From Ruditapes philippinarum (Eukaryota): a DNA stretch of 64,000 bases. The notes beneath the pieces were generated by a model, which was given only the letters and a program-made list of their open reading frames with translations, did not search any database and had not been told where the DNA came from. Both the position numbers and the translations under genes were made by a program. This document shows, piece by piece, positions 52,010 through 64,000 of the stretch. Every line of letters starts with the position of its first letter. Position 1 is the first letter of the stretch. Location of the stretch: the NCBI RefSeq assembly GCF_026571515.1, contig NW_026858566.1, positions 1 to 64,000 on the forward strand, given 5' to 3'.

Positions 52010-52690
52010 TAACAGAGTTATCAGAGTAACAGAACAGAAAATTTATTCAGTCTTATGCATATACAGCACATCGACATCAACCAATGTAAAATATATAAAT
52101 ACATTTGTGACAACAATGACATAATTAAAACACATAATTATATACAAGTTACATAATCAAAGAGAGTGTTTCAAAAGTTTAGATATCACTTTTTTAATGA
52201 ATTGATTAACAAAAATGTTACGGATAATAAGTTACTCTTTCCGAATACTAGTAAATGCAATACATGTGTAGTTCTTCCTCTACGCGGCATTTAAAAATTC
52301 TTATCGTTTATGGAAAGCATGTTTTATATACACTGAATTTTTTTAAAGCAATGGTTTACTCTCAGTTTTCATTAGTTCAACAAATTTTACCATACTTTGT
52401 CTTACACGGAAATATCTTGGAATATACCTAATACGTAATGTATATTAAAAACTACATTCCATGACAAAATGATATTCATCTTCTAATGTACATTGTTCGC
52501 ATAATTCACACAGTCTATTTTGTCTTTCAATATGTCGACCGTATTCTACATTTAGCCAATGAGATGAAATTCTAAGCTTTGATAAATATTGTCTATGTTT
52601 CTTATTATTAAAAGATACTTTGACAGTTAGTTCAAACGTTTCTTTTATTTTCATGAATTAAATTAAACTTGGGCTATCGTTCACTTTTAC
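52010..52690 (-). mobile_element. 3' fragment of a non-LTR retrotransposon (RTE-X-like): ORF2 C-terminal CCHC region, 3' UTR and tail
   Basis: LSKLRISSHWLNVEYGR..RQNRLCELC..LEDEYHFVMEC zinc-knuckle region; aataaa followed by a (ttctg)-like tail at ~52020-52048 on the minus strand. Confidence 0.8.
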
Positions 52691-54371
52691 ACAGGCTGAA
52701 AGGTAGGTTCACTTTAATTTGATATCTTAAATACTTGATAACAGGGAAATAAGTTCTTACAAAGTTTTAAATTGAAATGATGATATATGACTACAAAATA
52801 TATACCACAGAATAATTGCTTCGGATAGCAAAATGATAGATTTATCAGTCTAAAACATCTATTTCTGATTTATTCAGTTTAATGTCTTGTATCCATCTTC
52901 ATAAACTAGTAAAATATTCTTGTCTGTGACTTTTACAATATCTGACACTACATTAAAATCAAAATTAACTTTGTTAGACTTTTTTCCTCTTATCTCATTT
53001 ATTTTCCTCCGACACGTGTCACGGTGAAGTGCGGAGTGAACAATAACAATTTCAAACTCTCCTTCCAAAGAACATACCAGTAAATTCTGGCAAAAGGTCT
53101 ACTAACAATGTAAAATAGATAATAAATTATGTTAGATACTCGTGGAATAATAATGCATCTTATCCGTACAGAATTAATGTTTCTTTCTGTGTCTAAATCG
53201 TTCAGAAAATATCGTTTCTACACCGCCCTGTGCGAAACTATTCTTCGACGCTTAATTAAAGATTTGAAAAAAAACATCGTATGAGGAAAATATCATGATC
53301 CAGAGACAACAAAATGCATAAAAAAACAAGCTTGTTAAACAAATTACTACTAAAATAAATGTTAGATCAATTCAATTCAATTCAATTTTAAATTGCACCA
53401 ATTGGCAAAACCTATAAAACATTAAGGCAATGGAACATTTCTAAATGGTTCCAAGGCTTAAAACGTTCTTCATGCTTTACGTTTTATGACTTAACTGATG
53501 GAAAAGTGTGACATCAATTTTTAAAGTTTCAAGTCCGCATTTTTAAAGGAATACATTTACGACCGTTCAGTTTTCAACACAGTTAGTATGTCCATATCAA
53601 CGACGTCTCCGAAGCGCTACAGAAGCCGACGCATTTGCAAGAATGACATATGTCTCGGCTTAATGGTTTATTTCGTCGCCAGTTATAAACAATATAAAGA
53701 AGGAAAGTATTTGATGTAATTGCAGTTTTTCGATAAATTCGGAAACTATAAGTGTTTTTCTTGCAAAATAAATATAACAGAAAAGTTTTTGGTAAAACAC
53801 TTATTAGACATAGGATAATTTTTAGAAAGTTTTTCTGTTAGCATTTTATATTTTTAACACTTTAATGTATTATTGTAAAATAATTATTTTATTTACTACG
53901 TGCTTTTTAATAGAAATTATATTTCTTTGTCGATATTAAAACACAATTTGAATTTTTAGATTCCCTTGTTACATTTGTTTTATATATTGTCCTAAAGAGA
54001 TTAATATCATTTATATAATAATTGGAAAACTCATATTCGGTGTGAATTTGCAGTTTCTCTAGTACGCTGTTTTAGGTAAAATTGGGAGATTTGCGGTTCA
54101 AAATTATTTGCCCTTCGAATATTAATTTAAGGTAAATTCCAATTTTTTTAAGTTATTTTCTACGGATTTCAATTTAATGGCATAAGGTAGATCTATACAG
54201 AATTTCGCTTTCGTTACCATATTGTTTACATTATAAAATGCTGCATAACGATACAAAACTTGCCAAAAACTCGCTTTATATATAAGAAAATAAAAGTTTC
54301 GTACGCCGATGTTATACCACATTTACCATGTGCAATATAAAGAAGTACATAATGGATATACCACATGTGAT

Positions 54372-55636
54372 AACAAGAGCTGTCAGTAGGACAGCACGCT
54401 CGACTATTCTAAGTGCTTGATAGTAAAAGAGCCTTGATAATGTTAAATTTTTTAAGTTCACAAAAGGGCTAATTTTTTTTTATAAATTCATGTTATAGGC
54501 CTTAGAGAGAGTCTAATTATACAGTATTGGCTTGACTATTCGGAAGGTAATGTCACAAGGGTGTTTTATTGAGTATAATAATACTAATTACCTATGAATA
54601 CATAAATTTCACAGAAAAGGTACAAAGGCTTGTTATTAAGATGTTTTATCAAGTAAATCACTGCTTTATTATTATGAATGCATAAAATTGTCCTAAAAAA
54701 GGCACAAACCCTTCAGTAGTTATTGAGATAACAGCTTACAAGCAAAACTTTACCACGAATTTCTAAGTTGAAAAAGGGGAGAAAAATCAGACTAAATGCA
54801 GAATAGAATTATGGATCTTTGTCAGTGACCTACAATTATGACCCTAAATGCATATATGAAGTTTTAAATAAATATCTTTAATAGTTATTGAGATATGTAA
54901 AACTTGCATGTAAACATTAACCAAGAGACTCAGTAGAATCAGCCTTAATGCAAGATAGAGTTATGGAACTTGGTCAGTGACACAATTATGACCCTCCAAT
55001 TATGACCCTAAGTGCATGTGTAAAGTTTCAAGTAAATATCTTTGAAGACCTTTAACCAAAATTTCTAAGTTTCAAAGGGGCAAATAATTCTGCAAATATT
55101 GCAGGCAGAGTTATGCAATTTTGCAAACTGATGTACATTGTTACTATAAAAAAGTATTTTAAATTTAAATTGAATATCTCAAGCAATAATTGAGATATTT
55201 GACTTTACAAAAAAACTTTAACCAAAATTTCTAAGTTAAAAAGGGGAATAATTCTGTCAATATTGTAGGCAGAGTTATCCAACTTGTCAATCTGATGTAC
55301 CTTGTTACTATAAATAAGTATTGTAAGTTTCAATATTGAATATCTCAAGCAATAATTGAGATATTTGACTTTACAAAAAACTTTAACCAAAATTTCTAAG
55401 GTAAAAAGGGGAATAATTCTGTCAATATTGTAGGCAGAGTTATCCAACTTGTCAATCTGATGTACCTTGTTACTATAAATAAGTATTGTAAGTTTCAATT
55501 GAATATCTCAAGTAATAATTGAGATATTTGACTTTACAAAAAACTTTAACCAACGCAGACGCCGACGCGGACGCTGACGCCGACGCCGGGGCGACTACAA
55601 TAGCTCTCATATTCTTCGAATAGTCGAGCTAAAAAA
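54372..55636 (+). mobile_element. HINE/pearl-type element with ~170-bp internal tandem repeats
   Basis: aacaagagctgtc start; subTIR gctcgactatt (54398)/aatagtcgagc (55619); near-identical ~170-bp units at ~55050-55550; (gacgcc)n microsatellite before the 3' end. Confidence 0.85.
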
Positions 55637-56519
55637 ATGTGTATGAACATGCGATTTTGACCAGATTTTGGTCTGAAGGTCTGAATCGAAATATCAGGAA
55701 ACTAATGGGACATTTTCTTGTTTGTTTTTTATTGTTGTTGTTGTTGTTTTAGGTATATTGCTATGCTTCAATAAGTAAACATACCGCATGTTTCTTAAAA
55801 AGGGGCATACCATAAAGGTAAATTTCAATTATTTTACTTATCAGATCTCCTCTGCTGTTATGCATCTTATCTAAATACGGGAGTAACCGATGTTTTACAA
55901 TTGTTATTTCGCATATGCAACAATAGGATATAATCTGTCGCATATAATTTAAACAAAATACCCTATGGCAAAGAATAAACTACAAAACACAAATTCTAAA
56001 TCAAAAGAAGTGTTGCTTGGCGCAATGTTGAGTTATTTATAATTGAAAATGACCTAAAAAATATTACTTTGAGGGGCAGGTAACCCAACAAGTAGGACGG
56101 GGACCCAAACTTTTTCCATCAATTTGCTTCAATCATGAGTCTCTATCATTAAAGAAAATAAATTATCAGTCTAAATAAAACAATAATAAAATTCCTAATT
56201 TAGTGTCTGCTATCTTTACATTGTCAAAACTAAAGATATATTTTATTTTGTGTTTGCTTAAGCACACTTTTACCGAAATGTTTTTTGGATAAATAGTTGG
56301 CTTTTGATCGGAAGTTCAGTTTTAACGATAACGGGTTTTCGCCTATTTAATACTACAGTCTTTAAGTTAATTGAACTTTATTATCCAAGGGTCTTCCATC
56401 AGTATTATAACATTAAGATTCCAAATGAAGATCGAAACGCAGTGAGATTATCTCGTATGATCTCGTGCGCTTACAAGACCAGCAAATCATGCATTTAATA
56501 TCGATATTACAAATATGAT

Positions 56520-56562
56520 CACACACACACCCACACACACACACACACACACACACGCGCGC
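56520..56562. repeat. (CA)n/(CG)n microsatellite
   Basis: cacacacacacccacacacac...gcgcgc. Confidence 0.9.
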
Positions 56563-56569
56563 ACGCAAT

Positions 56570-57730
56570 ATTGCTCTATATGTATACTACATAACTAATC
56601 AATAGCCATAACTCTGTAATGAAGGGTCTGGTCTGAACAAGGCAACAAAGTATGCACATCTCATCTTGGTATCAATGGTTCCCATAAAGTTTAATTGAAT
56701 TCCAGCAAGTGGTTGCAGAGAAGTAGCTCTATATGCATACTGTATAACTAATCAAGGGCCATAACTCCGAGTTAGTGTCTGACCGGAACAAGGCGATGAT
56801 ATGCGCATCTCCTCTTGGTTTTGAAGGTTCCATAAAGTTTGCACTATATGCATACTGCATAACTAATCAAGGGCCATAACTCTGAGTTATAGTGTCTGAC
56901 CGGAACAAGGCGACTATATGCGTACTCCTCTTGGTATTAAAGGTTCCCATAAAGTTTAATTAAATTCAAGCCAGTAGTTGCAGAGAAGTAGCGCGGAAAC
57001 AATTTTTGCTCTATATGCATAATGCAAAACTAATCAAGGGCCAAGAGTTAAAAGGTCTGACTTGAACAAGCCGACGATATGCGCATCTCCTCTTGATATT
57101 GATGATTCCCATGAACACGGGGGAGGAACTGTTACACGAAGGATGGAGTTCTTATGATGATTTGTTCAGGAGTTCTTGTGATAACTGTCACGGCGTTCGT
57201 TAAAAAAAAAAACAATTGTATATACTATAAAAAAAAACTCGTCAAAAATGGTTATTTTCAACTTTCAGATATAAGTTTTAGATGCTAAATAAAACTTTAA
57301 TGATTAAGCTTGTCATATATCTTGTATTATGTATCAAACACTAATTCATAGGCCATTTTTTATCGCCTCTTGCGTAAAATCTGGTAGTTTTGAGTAAAAT
57401 TTCCAATTATTTGCCAATTCACAAGTATTGACCTGTTTATTTATGGTCTTCATCCTTGCCATACATTATTACCTAATTATAATGCAAACTTGCAAACATA
57501 AAGCACCGGCTAACAGATTTATACCCGATTTTTCAAATGTTCTGGAGTTCTTGTGATAACTCTGAAGATGTTACAGAGTTCTTATAATAACTTTTGTTAT
57601 TGCCAGTGTGTTTCTTGCGCTAAATCACGGTACGTTTTAGCGTTTTTATTATTCAACGAAATTCGGATGGACGGACAGATGGACGGACAACGCCAAAACA
57701 ATATCCCCCGATCTATCGGCGGGGATAACA
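56570..57730 (+). mobile_element. HINE/pearl-type element with core tandem repeats
   Basis: About four repeats of ctatatgcatactgcataactaatcaagggccataactc..ggttcccataaagttt (56570-57115); the 3' end has (ggac)n and the stem-loop atcccccgatctatcggcggggataa. Confidence 0.7.
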
Positions 57731-60700
57731 ATGTACACAATGTATAATTATGACCATATAAAAACCATAAATGCCTTTTTTTCATTTTTTCAAATTATGC
57801 AAACCAAGTCTAAAACGAGTAAGAGTTTTTAAAGTAGCCTTATTGCTTATTAGAATTAAATAATCTTCACATTTCAGAGAATTGTTTACAATAATCATGT
57901 AATTTCAGCAAAGAATTAATTGACTGTATGATTCCAGTTTGGAATAAACTGGTTTCGGAGTTTAGTTTTAGACAATCTTTGACAACAAAGTTAAAAATTG
58001 CAGTCTCTGTTTGATATGTACTTCTCAAATTGCTAAGGCTCACATTTTAAAACGTTTAACAAAGTCCGTGATATATTTCTAAAAGGCGAGTATCACTCAG
58101 AAATATTGACCTCGTTAAACGAAAATGAGACCTATAAGCTCTAAAGTCTGACATAAAGATGGTCTGAACCATTTCCTCGAGTTTAAAAAGACCAAGTAAT
58201 GTTAAGATCACAGATTATACCATTTTATCTAACTTCAAGATACTACACCATGATATATCAATCTATAGAAATAGAGGAGAGGTTCTGTCAATATTAAACG
58301 TCCATCATTATTTAGTATAATGAAGCTAATTGGTTCATTTACTTCTCTTGAGCCTCGTTGTTAAACTAATTGTTGCCTTTAGTTGCATCTTATTGGTCGG
58401 CAGGTCAAAATCAGGTATAATTTTCTGTCTGTGATTTTATATAATGAGTATGGTGAAAGTCACATTCATAACGATGTCCTTTTAGCGATAATGTTTACTG
58501 TATTTAAATTTTTTTATGATCAATGCTTGCTTTGAATAAATAAATTGAAATAAATATCCTACTTGTGAACCTGTATCTCACTCATACCTAGGTAACTTGG
58601 AACATATGCGGATGTTCCTAAAGATCATTAACTTCAGTTCTGTGTTCTGCCGGTGCTAATAGGGCGTGGACTGGACGTTCCTCTACCAGAACCTCGAAGA
58701 GCAGGCTCGGTTAGAAGAACCCGAATATTTCAATTTTGTAACATATTTCAAGGTTTTTAAATCAATTTTGTTGCGGAAAATGTCTCCTGAAATGCTTGAA
58801 GGTATTGATAGCTCAAATAAATATAAGGGAAATACATATTATATTTAAATGTACTCTCAACATATAATAAGAAAACATTAATATGTTACAAATTTTATTT
58901 TAACCAATATGTCAATGTTATTAGGCATCCGTTAGCACATACATATATATGCTTTTTTGATAAAAACATCCAAATCTGCATTTATGATTTTAACATCCCG
59001 CAACGCAAATATTTGTCTAAGTGTGTCTTTTTTCCAAATGTGTGTCGGGATAAACTGACATATCAGCGGGTAATTTCGAAACAGAGATCCAAATTCTTAA
59101 ACAAAAATAAACAAACAGAAACTCCGTTAAACTGGTGTCCCCTTTTAAGTTTCATTACAATCCAGCATAGAGTTATTTGGAAATAGCGCCAAAACAATAT
59201 CTTCGGTTGAAAAAAAATATATCAATAATAAGATGATAATTGTTGATAAAGCCTGTATGTATGCTTAAAGAACGTTTAGTCTGGTGTGTTAAGACAATGA
59301 CTATAAATATAAAATGAAATCAGATATAACATTAAATAGTATATGTCCAAAAACAAACACTATTGAAAAAGCATTAATATCTTATCTGTAATTATGTGCA
59401 TCTGATAAAAAGAAAAGCGTAGGATGGTCGTCTATGGTTTATAAATGACGTACATTGTATATCATTACCCTTTTATTATTTCGCAAGGCTTATGATATGA
59501 TTCGTCAGCAAAAACAGCTTGTTAAAGATATTGATAAACAAAAACACAATAATTTACTTTACCTCCCAAGGGTGTGTCTGAAAAAGAATACCAACAGAAA
59601 AACATGTCTTTCAATATTAACGATAACAAATTGTCTACTTATGTAAATGTTAACATAATCGATTATTTGAAAGAGATAAACTTGTAGTCTAGGATCTAAT
59701 TGGCTCATTTCTATTGTCATTTACAAAGTTTTACATAACATTTTAAGCCTATTATAGCATTCGGCACGAGTGAATATCCAAACAAACAAACAAACATGTT
59801 TGTCGTTTTATATTTTGAAGATCGGGAAAAAATAGTCTGTGAGAATACCCTTTATATCTCCCACCACAAAACATGTTGTGAAGTAAACAAAAGAGAGGTG
59901 TTTTTGTTTTACTTTTGAAGTTTGGTTATTTTTTTATATTTGATTTCTTTTAGAATATTTTCAGGTTGTAAGTAAAAAATATTCTTTTTGAAAAGGACAA
60001 GAGTCCATGCTTTTAATTATTCAATTAGTAAATGAGTCTCACACAGTATGGTTTCATGCCTTCACGCCTCGAAGAGTGCACATCGGGAGAATCATCTTGG
60101 TTAATCAGTAAAATAATTTTAAAAATTGTGTCTATGTAAAGAAAAATCTCAAAATAAAATCGTTGAACTGTTCTACATTCCTTCGAAATAACATTCTTTA
60201 AGAGCAATTCCACCTCTTTGATAGTCCATCTTTACAGTTGTCAGGCAGCCTCTTTTAAAAAACAACAACAACAACAAAACCATCGATCGCGCGGCCACAG
60301 ATTATTTCCTTAAGTTCGGAAATATAAAAGTCACAGTGACATATGTCATGGGAAAAGCGCTGTTTGAATTAATAACGTAATCCCGTTCGCGCGTTTTGAT
60401 TTTCCGTTTTAAAGCAGAAATAGTGAAGTGGCTGACAAGAGTTCAGGTCTAAACATACAGATCACCTATCTGATACCGTTATATTGATAATATTATTTCC
60501 AATAAAAAGACTCTAAACCTTATGACTAGAATGAATACCCAAAAATCATTAAGCTTACAAATTTAACTGTGTTCTATACTTGACCGGCACCAGTGAGCTT
60601 GGTGTATGCCACTTGTCTAATTGTCTCTTTAGTTCCTGTGCTAACGACCTCAGTCAAGTTCCGTCGATAGCAACAATTCTTGAAAGAAAGTCTTGTTTTT

Positions 60701-61459
60701 GTGAAAGTATGAAATTAATTGGCTTTATTCTACATTGCATTATATATTTAAAACTGCATTTTGTAAAAAAATCATAATAAAACAACAGAAATTGCTGCAT
60801 TTCGTTAATCAAATAGGTTTCATATTTAGTCTTATGTTAGTGTCAAGACGACCAGAATGAGTTTTTGAAGCGTAAATGTCTGACCTCATTGTGACGAAAT
60901 CCAAAGAATACATTTCGTGTTTGCCAGAGATACTCCCCTTTTGTGTCACCCGAACATCGAGAGAAAATCAACAAACATGGCTTGCAAACCGAATCTAACA
61001 GTTCATTTACAGATTATATAACGGACGTTTTCTTCTTTTATTAGATGATTACTCTTTGTGAACGACAGGCCTTATACACCGTGAAGCTATTACGGTAAAA
61101 AATGTTAACACACCTAGATAAAATGGGAAAATTCTACATTTGTCGTTCACAACTATTGATTTTCTGAAGGATTAACACAGAGATGTAGGTAATAAGTCTT
61201 AATTTGCATGTTAAAATGATAATTTATTTACAATATTAACGATACTGTTCAAAGGTTATTGAAACTAAAGAATGTTAGGTTTTTAGGGCGACGGCAATTC
61301 TTTTTTTTTTTACATATTTTTGATATGCAGCTTAAATGATTCTCGTTCCTGATTACAAGCTTATGATTTATCATGGTGTTTCAATTAATATAGAATAACT
61401 ATTGAGACATATTGCTATAATTGAGAAATCTTTTCAAATATTCGTAACAGTACGATCAC

Positions 61460-63180
61460 TGATTATATAGAGGATATTTGTTTGTTTTGCATGTAAGATT
61501 GAAATATAATTTCACTGAGTGAACACCAGATGCAATATTCTCACGAGTGGCGTAGCCACGAGTGAAAATATAATAGCTGGTGTTCACGAATGAAATATAT
61601 TTCAATCTTATACACGGTGCATATCCATATCGGTACCCTCTTTGCGAAATCTGCTGAAACGGTACCCTCTCTGAACATGCACAGGTCATTCTCTGCTAAA
61701 AACAAACCAGCGACGGATACCAATCCAGTAAAATTTCATTGTAATAAGGAAAGGAGGTATGTCACGTAGAAAAGATGTATACCACGGAACACTAGGATGT
61801 TTTATTGATGTGCTGATTTGTCATGTGCCCGATTTTTATGTACTGCAACTTCATAATAAGCTACAAAAAATCGACATGTCTTGCTTCGCCCACCACCTCG
61901 ACATATTTTTCGGGCTGAAATGAACCTATGGCTTGATTATATATGCATCATACATATTTAATATGTTCATATACATATCATCTTCGGACAAATGGCAGTA
62001 TATTGTCAAAAATAAATGTAAAATTCATAAAAACACCCTACTTTCGGTTTTGCAGCGGCACGGGCTACCTCTCTTCATTTGAATTTTTATATCACAGGTA
62101 CCCTCTCATTATTGAACACATAGGAACCCTCAAAGCACGACATATACTTTTATTTGCGTTATTCGTTAAGTGTGTATGTAATACTTTTTACTTTTATGTA
62201 AATATTACATACTTAACGATTAACGCAAATAAAAGCATATGTCGTGCTTTGAGGGTACCCATGTGTTAAAAAATGAGAGGGTACCTGTGATATAAAAATT
62301 CAAATGAAGAGAGGTAGCCCGTGCCGCTGCAAAACCGAAAGTAGGGTGTTTTTATGAATTTTACATTTATTTTTGACAATATACTGCCATTTGTCCGAAG
62401 ATGATATGTATATGAACATATTAAATATGTATGATGCATATATAATCAAGCCACAGGTTCATTTCAGCCCGAAAAATATGTCGAGGTGATGGGCGAAGCA
62501 AGACATGTCGATTTTTTGTAGCTTATTGTTAAGTTGCAGTACATGAAAATCGGGCACATGACAAATCAGCACATAAATTAAACATCCTAGTGTTCCGTGG
62601 TATACATCTTTTCTACGTGACATACCTCCTTTCCTTATTACAATGAAATTTTACTGGATTGGTATCCATCGCTGGTTTGTTCTTAGCAGAGAATGACCTG
62701 TGCATGTTCAGAGAGGGTACCGTTTCAGCAGATTTCGCAAAGAGGGTACCGATATGGATATGCACCGTGTTATATGTAAAACAAATAAATTTTCTTTTTA
62801 TTTCATGCGTTTTAAGTAATTTTAAGTAATTTTTACTGATTTTGCCGCGTAACGTCGCGCATTCTCCTTCGTGACGTCATCACATCATGACGTCACATCA
62901 ACAAATTTAAAATATAGTTCTGTTAAATTTCTCTAATTTTGTTACATTTTTAGCATAATGTATGGTGACATCGACTTTCTTTTCCGAAAGAAGCAAAATT
63001 TACGCATGACGGCATTTATTTTTGCCTGTTATTCCATTCAGTTTTGATTTTCTTTTCATCCGCATTCAGATATAGTCCGGCTACAGTGAAAATTATATTT
63101 TATAAATTTCACTAGTGGTTTATCAGAATATAATCATCTGATATATTACAATAAAACACTGGAAAGCATGAAATAAATCA
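61460..63180. mobile_element. Crypton-like non-autonomous palindromic element (host of the foldback insertion)
   Basis: Palindrome centred on cacgagtggcgtagccacgagtg, whose right arm is completed across the insertion (tatttcaatcttata|tgtaaaacaaataaa); tttatttcatgc (~62797)/gcatgaaataaa (~63166) inverted pair. Confidence 0.5.
61613..62769. mobile_element. Non-autonomous foldback DNA transposon with CACGGTG termini and a 5-bp TSD (Transib/RAG-like signature)
   Basis: TTATA at 61608-61612 and 62770-62774; termini cacggtg/caccgtg; ~570-bp near-perfect inverted arms around a ~20-bp spacer. Confidence 0.85.
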
Positions 63181-63369
63181 ATTCAACGATGTTTTCTTGT
63201 TTCAATATTTAGTTTCGGTGATTTTAACCATATATTCTACATATTTCTAAACAGTTCATATAATAATTATTATTTTTTTATTCTGCTTGAACTGTCACTA
63301 GCAAGCATGTTCTCACCACTCTGTTTATATACATGCTCAATCATGCCGAGTAAGCATGTTACATAGCCG

Positions 63370-63796
63370 TCTTGAAGCCGGTGCTAGAGGGCGTGAGGGA
63401 TGTTGCACTTATTCATTATCCCTCATGTACAGACTCAATCAAACCGAGTCTGCAGTTTTCACGTAATTTTGTTGTGATTAATGCTTCAAAGGGAACACTT
63501 TGTTTCTAGATTTTTTTACTTCACAACAGCAGGTGTCAAGTGCTGTGTGGCAGCTGTAAAATGTTGCCCCGTACTTCACTTTATTGTTGTAATATTTTTC
63601 TGGTCCTTCCGGATCATTGATGCCAACACACTTAAGTTTTGAGAATTGAGTACCGCTCAAGCCTGTGACAGGGGGCGTGAGGAATGTTGCATTTATTATT
63701 ATCCCTCATGTACAGACTCAATCAAACCGAGCCTGCAATTTTCACGTAATTTTGTTGTAATAAAGATTCCGAGGGATCACTTTGTTTCCAGATTTT
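63370..63796. repeat. Two direct copies (period 284 bp) of the double-hairpin motif plus flank (copies d, e)
   Basis: gcgtgagg(g/a)atgttgca..atccctcatgtacagactcaatcaaaccgag(t/c)ctgca..ttttcacgtaattttgttgt..cactttgtttc at 63391 and 63675. Confidence 0.9.
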
Positions 63797-64000
63797 GAAG
63801 ACCACGTATGTATTTATTAATTATTTATCTTATAATGTTGTTTCACACAGCACAAATCATAAATGAATATTTACTTTTATTTTTTTTGTATATGTATACA
63901 TGTTAGATCTTTAATTGTAATGTATCTGTTATGTCTATTAACTAAATCAGATAGAGTTTGACATTTGAATTGTCTATCTAATTAAGCAACGTGTGATGTT

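Noticed and set aside
50300-54360. Additional DNA-transposon MITEs around 50300-50870 and 53100-54330
   Set aside because: The composition is repeat-like, but I could not define TIR or TSD pairs.
55205-55498. 97-aa repeat protein
   Set aside because: It is a translation of the ~170-bp tandem core repeats of a HINE element.
58600-59700. Further members of the decayed ORF family (FLYQN, RVCL snippets)
   Set aside because: The matches are too short to distinguish from chance by eye.
61943-62269. 108-aa ORF
   Set aside because: It lies across the centre of the foldback palindrome and has no recognisable motif.
63362-63455. Twister or HDV-like ribozyme assignment for the hairpin motif
   Set aside because: There is superficial similarity (gccgtcttgaagccgg..gaggg; nested topology), but no conserved UAA cleavage-site motif, no room for P3/L3 and no J4/2 catalytic segment.
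63370-63796. CRISPR array or integron attC cassettes
   Set aside because: Eukaryotic context, only two long adjacent repeats, no cas or integrase genes and no GTTRRRY core sites.

Overview
AT-rich, repeat-dense eukaryotic DNA, most likely a bivalve mollusc. This is inferred from the repeat repertoire: MetaSINE and V-SINE, HINE/pearl-type Helentron elements, a Penelope-like element and an RTE-X-type LINE. I cannot support any intact protein-coding gene; most listed ORFs are antisense shadows or chance. Main structure: (i) ~1-47 kb is a field of decayed, apparently intronless, paralogous reading frames with recurrent motifs (CxxC..DF/DW modules and an EMTG..EVC..NW..HP module) that I cannot assign to a known family; it is a candidate fossil gene array, possibly of endogenous-viral origin. 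(ii) This field is duplicated as an ~18-kb unit (~1.1-18 kb vs ~19.3-39.4 kb), with a further 5-kb near-identical tandem copy and a stretch that looks like low-quality sequence. (iii) Five dispersed copies of a ~65-nt double-hairpin motif show covarying stems and a possible pseudoknot; it is a candidate unannotated structured RNA or mobile-element motif. (iv) A 1.16-kb near-perfect foldback element with CACGGTG termini and a 5-bp TSD (Transib/RAG-like signature) is nested in a Crypton-like palindromic element. The window also holds mariner, piggyBac-type MITE, LINE, PLE and SINE relics. All alignments and translations were done by eye, and coordinates of degenerate features are approximate.
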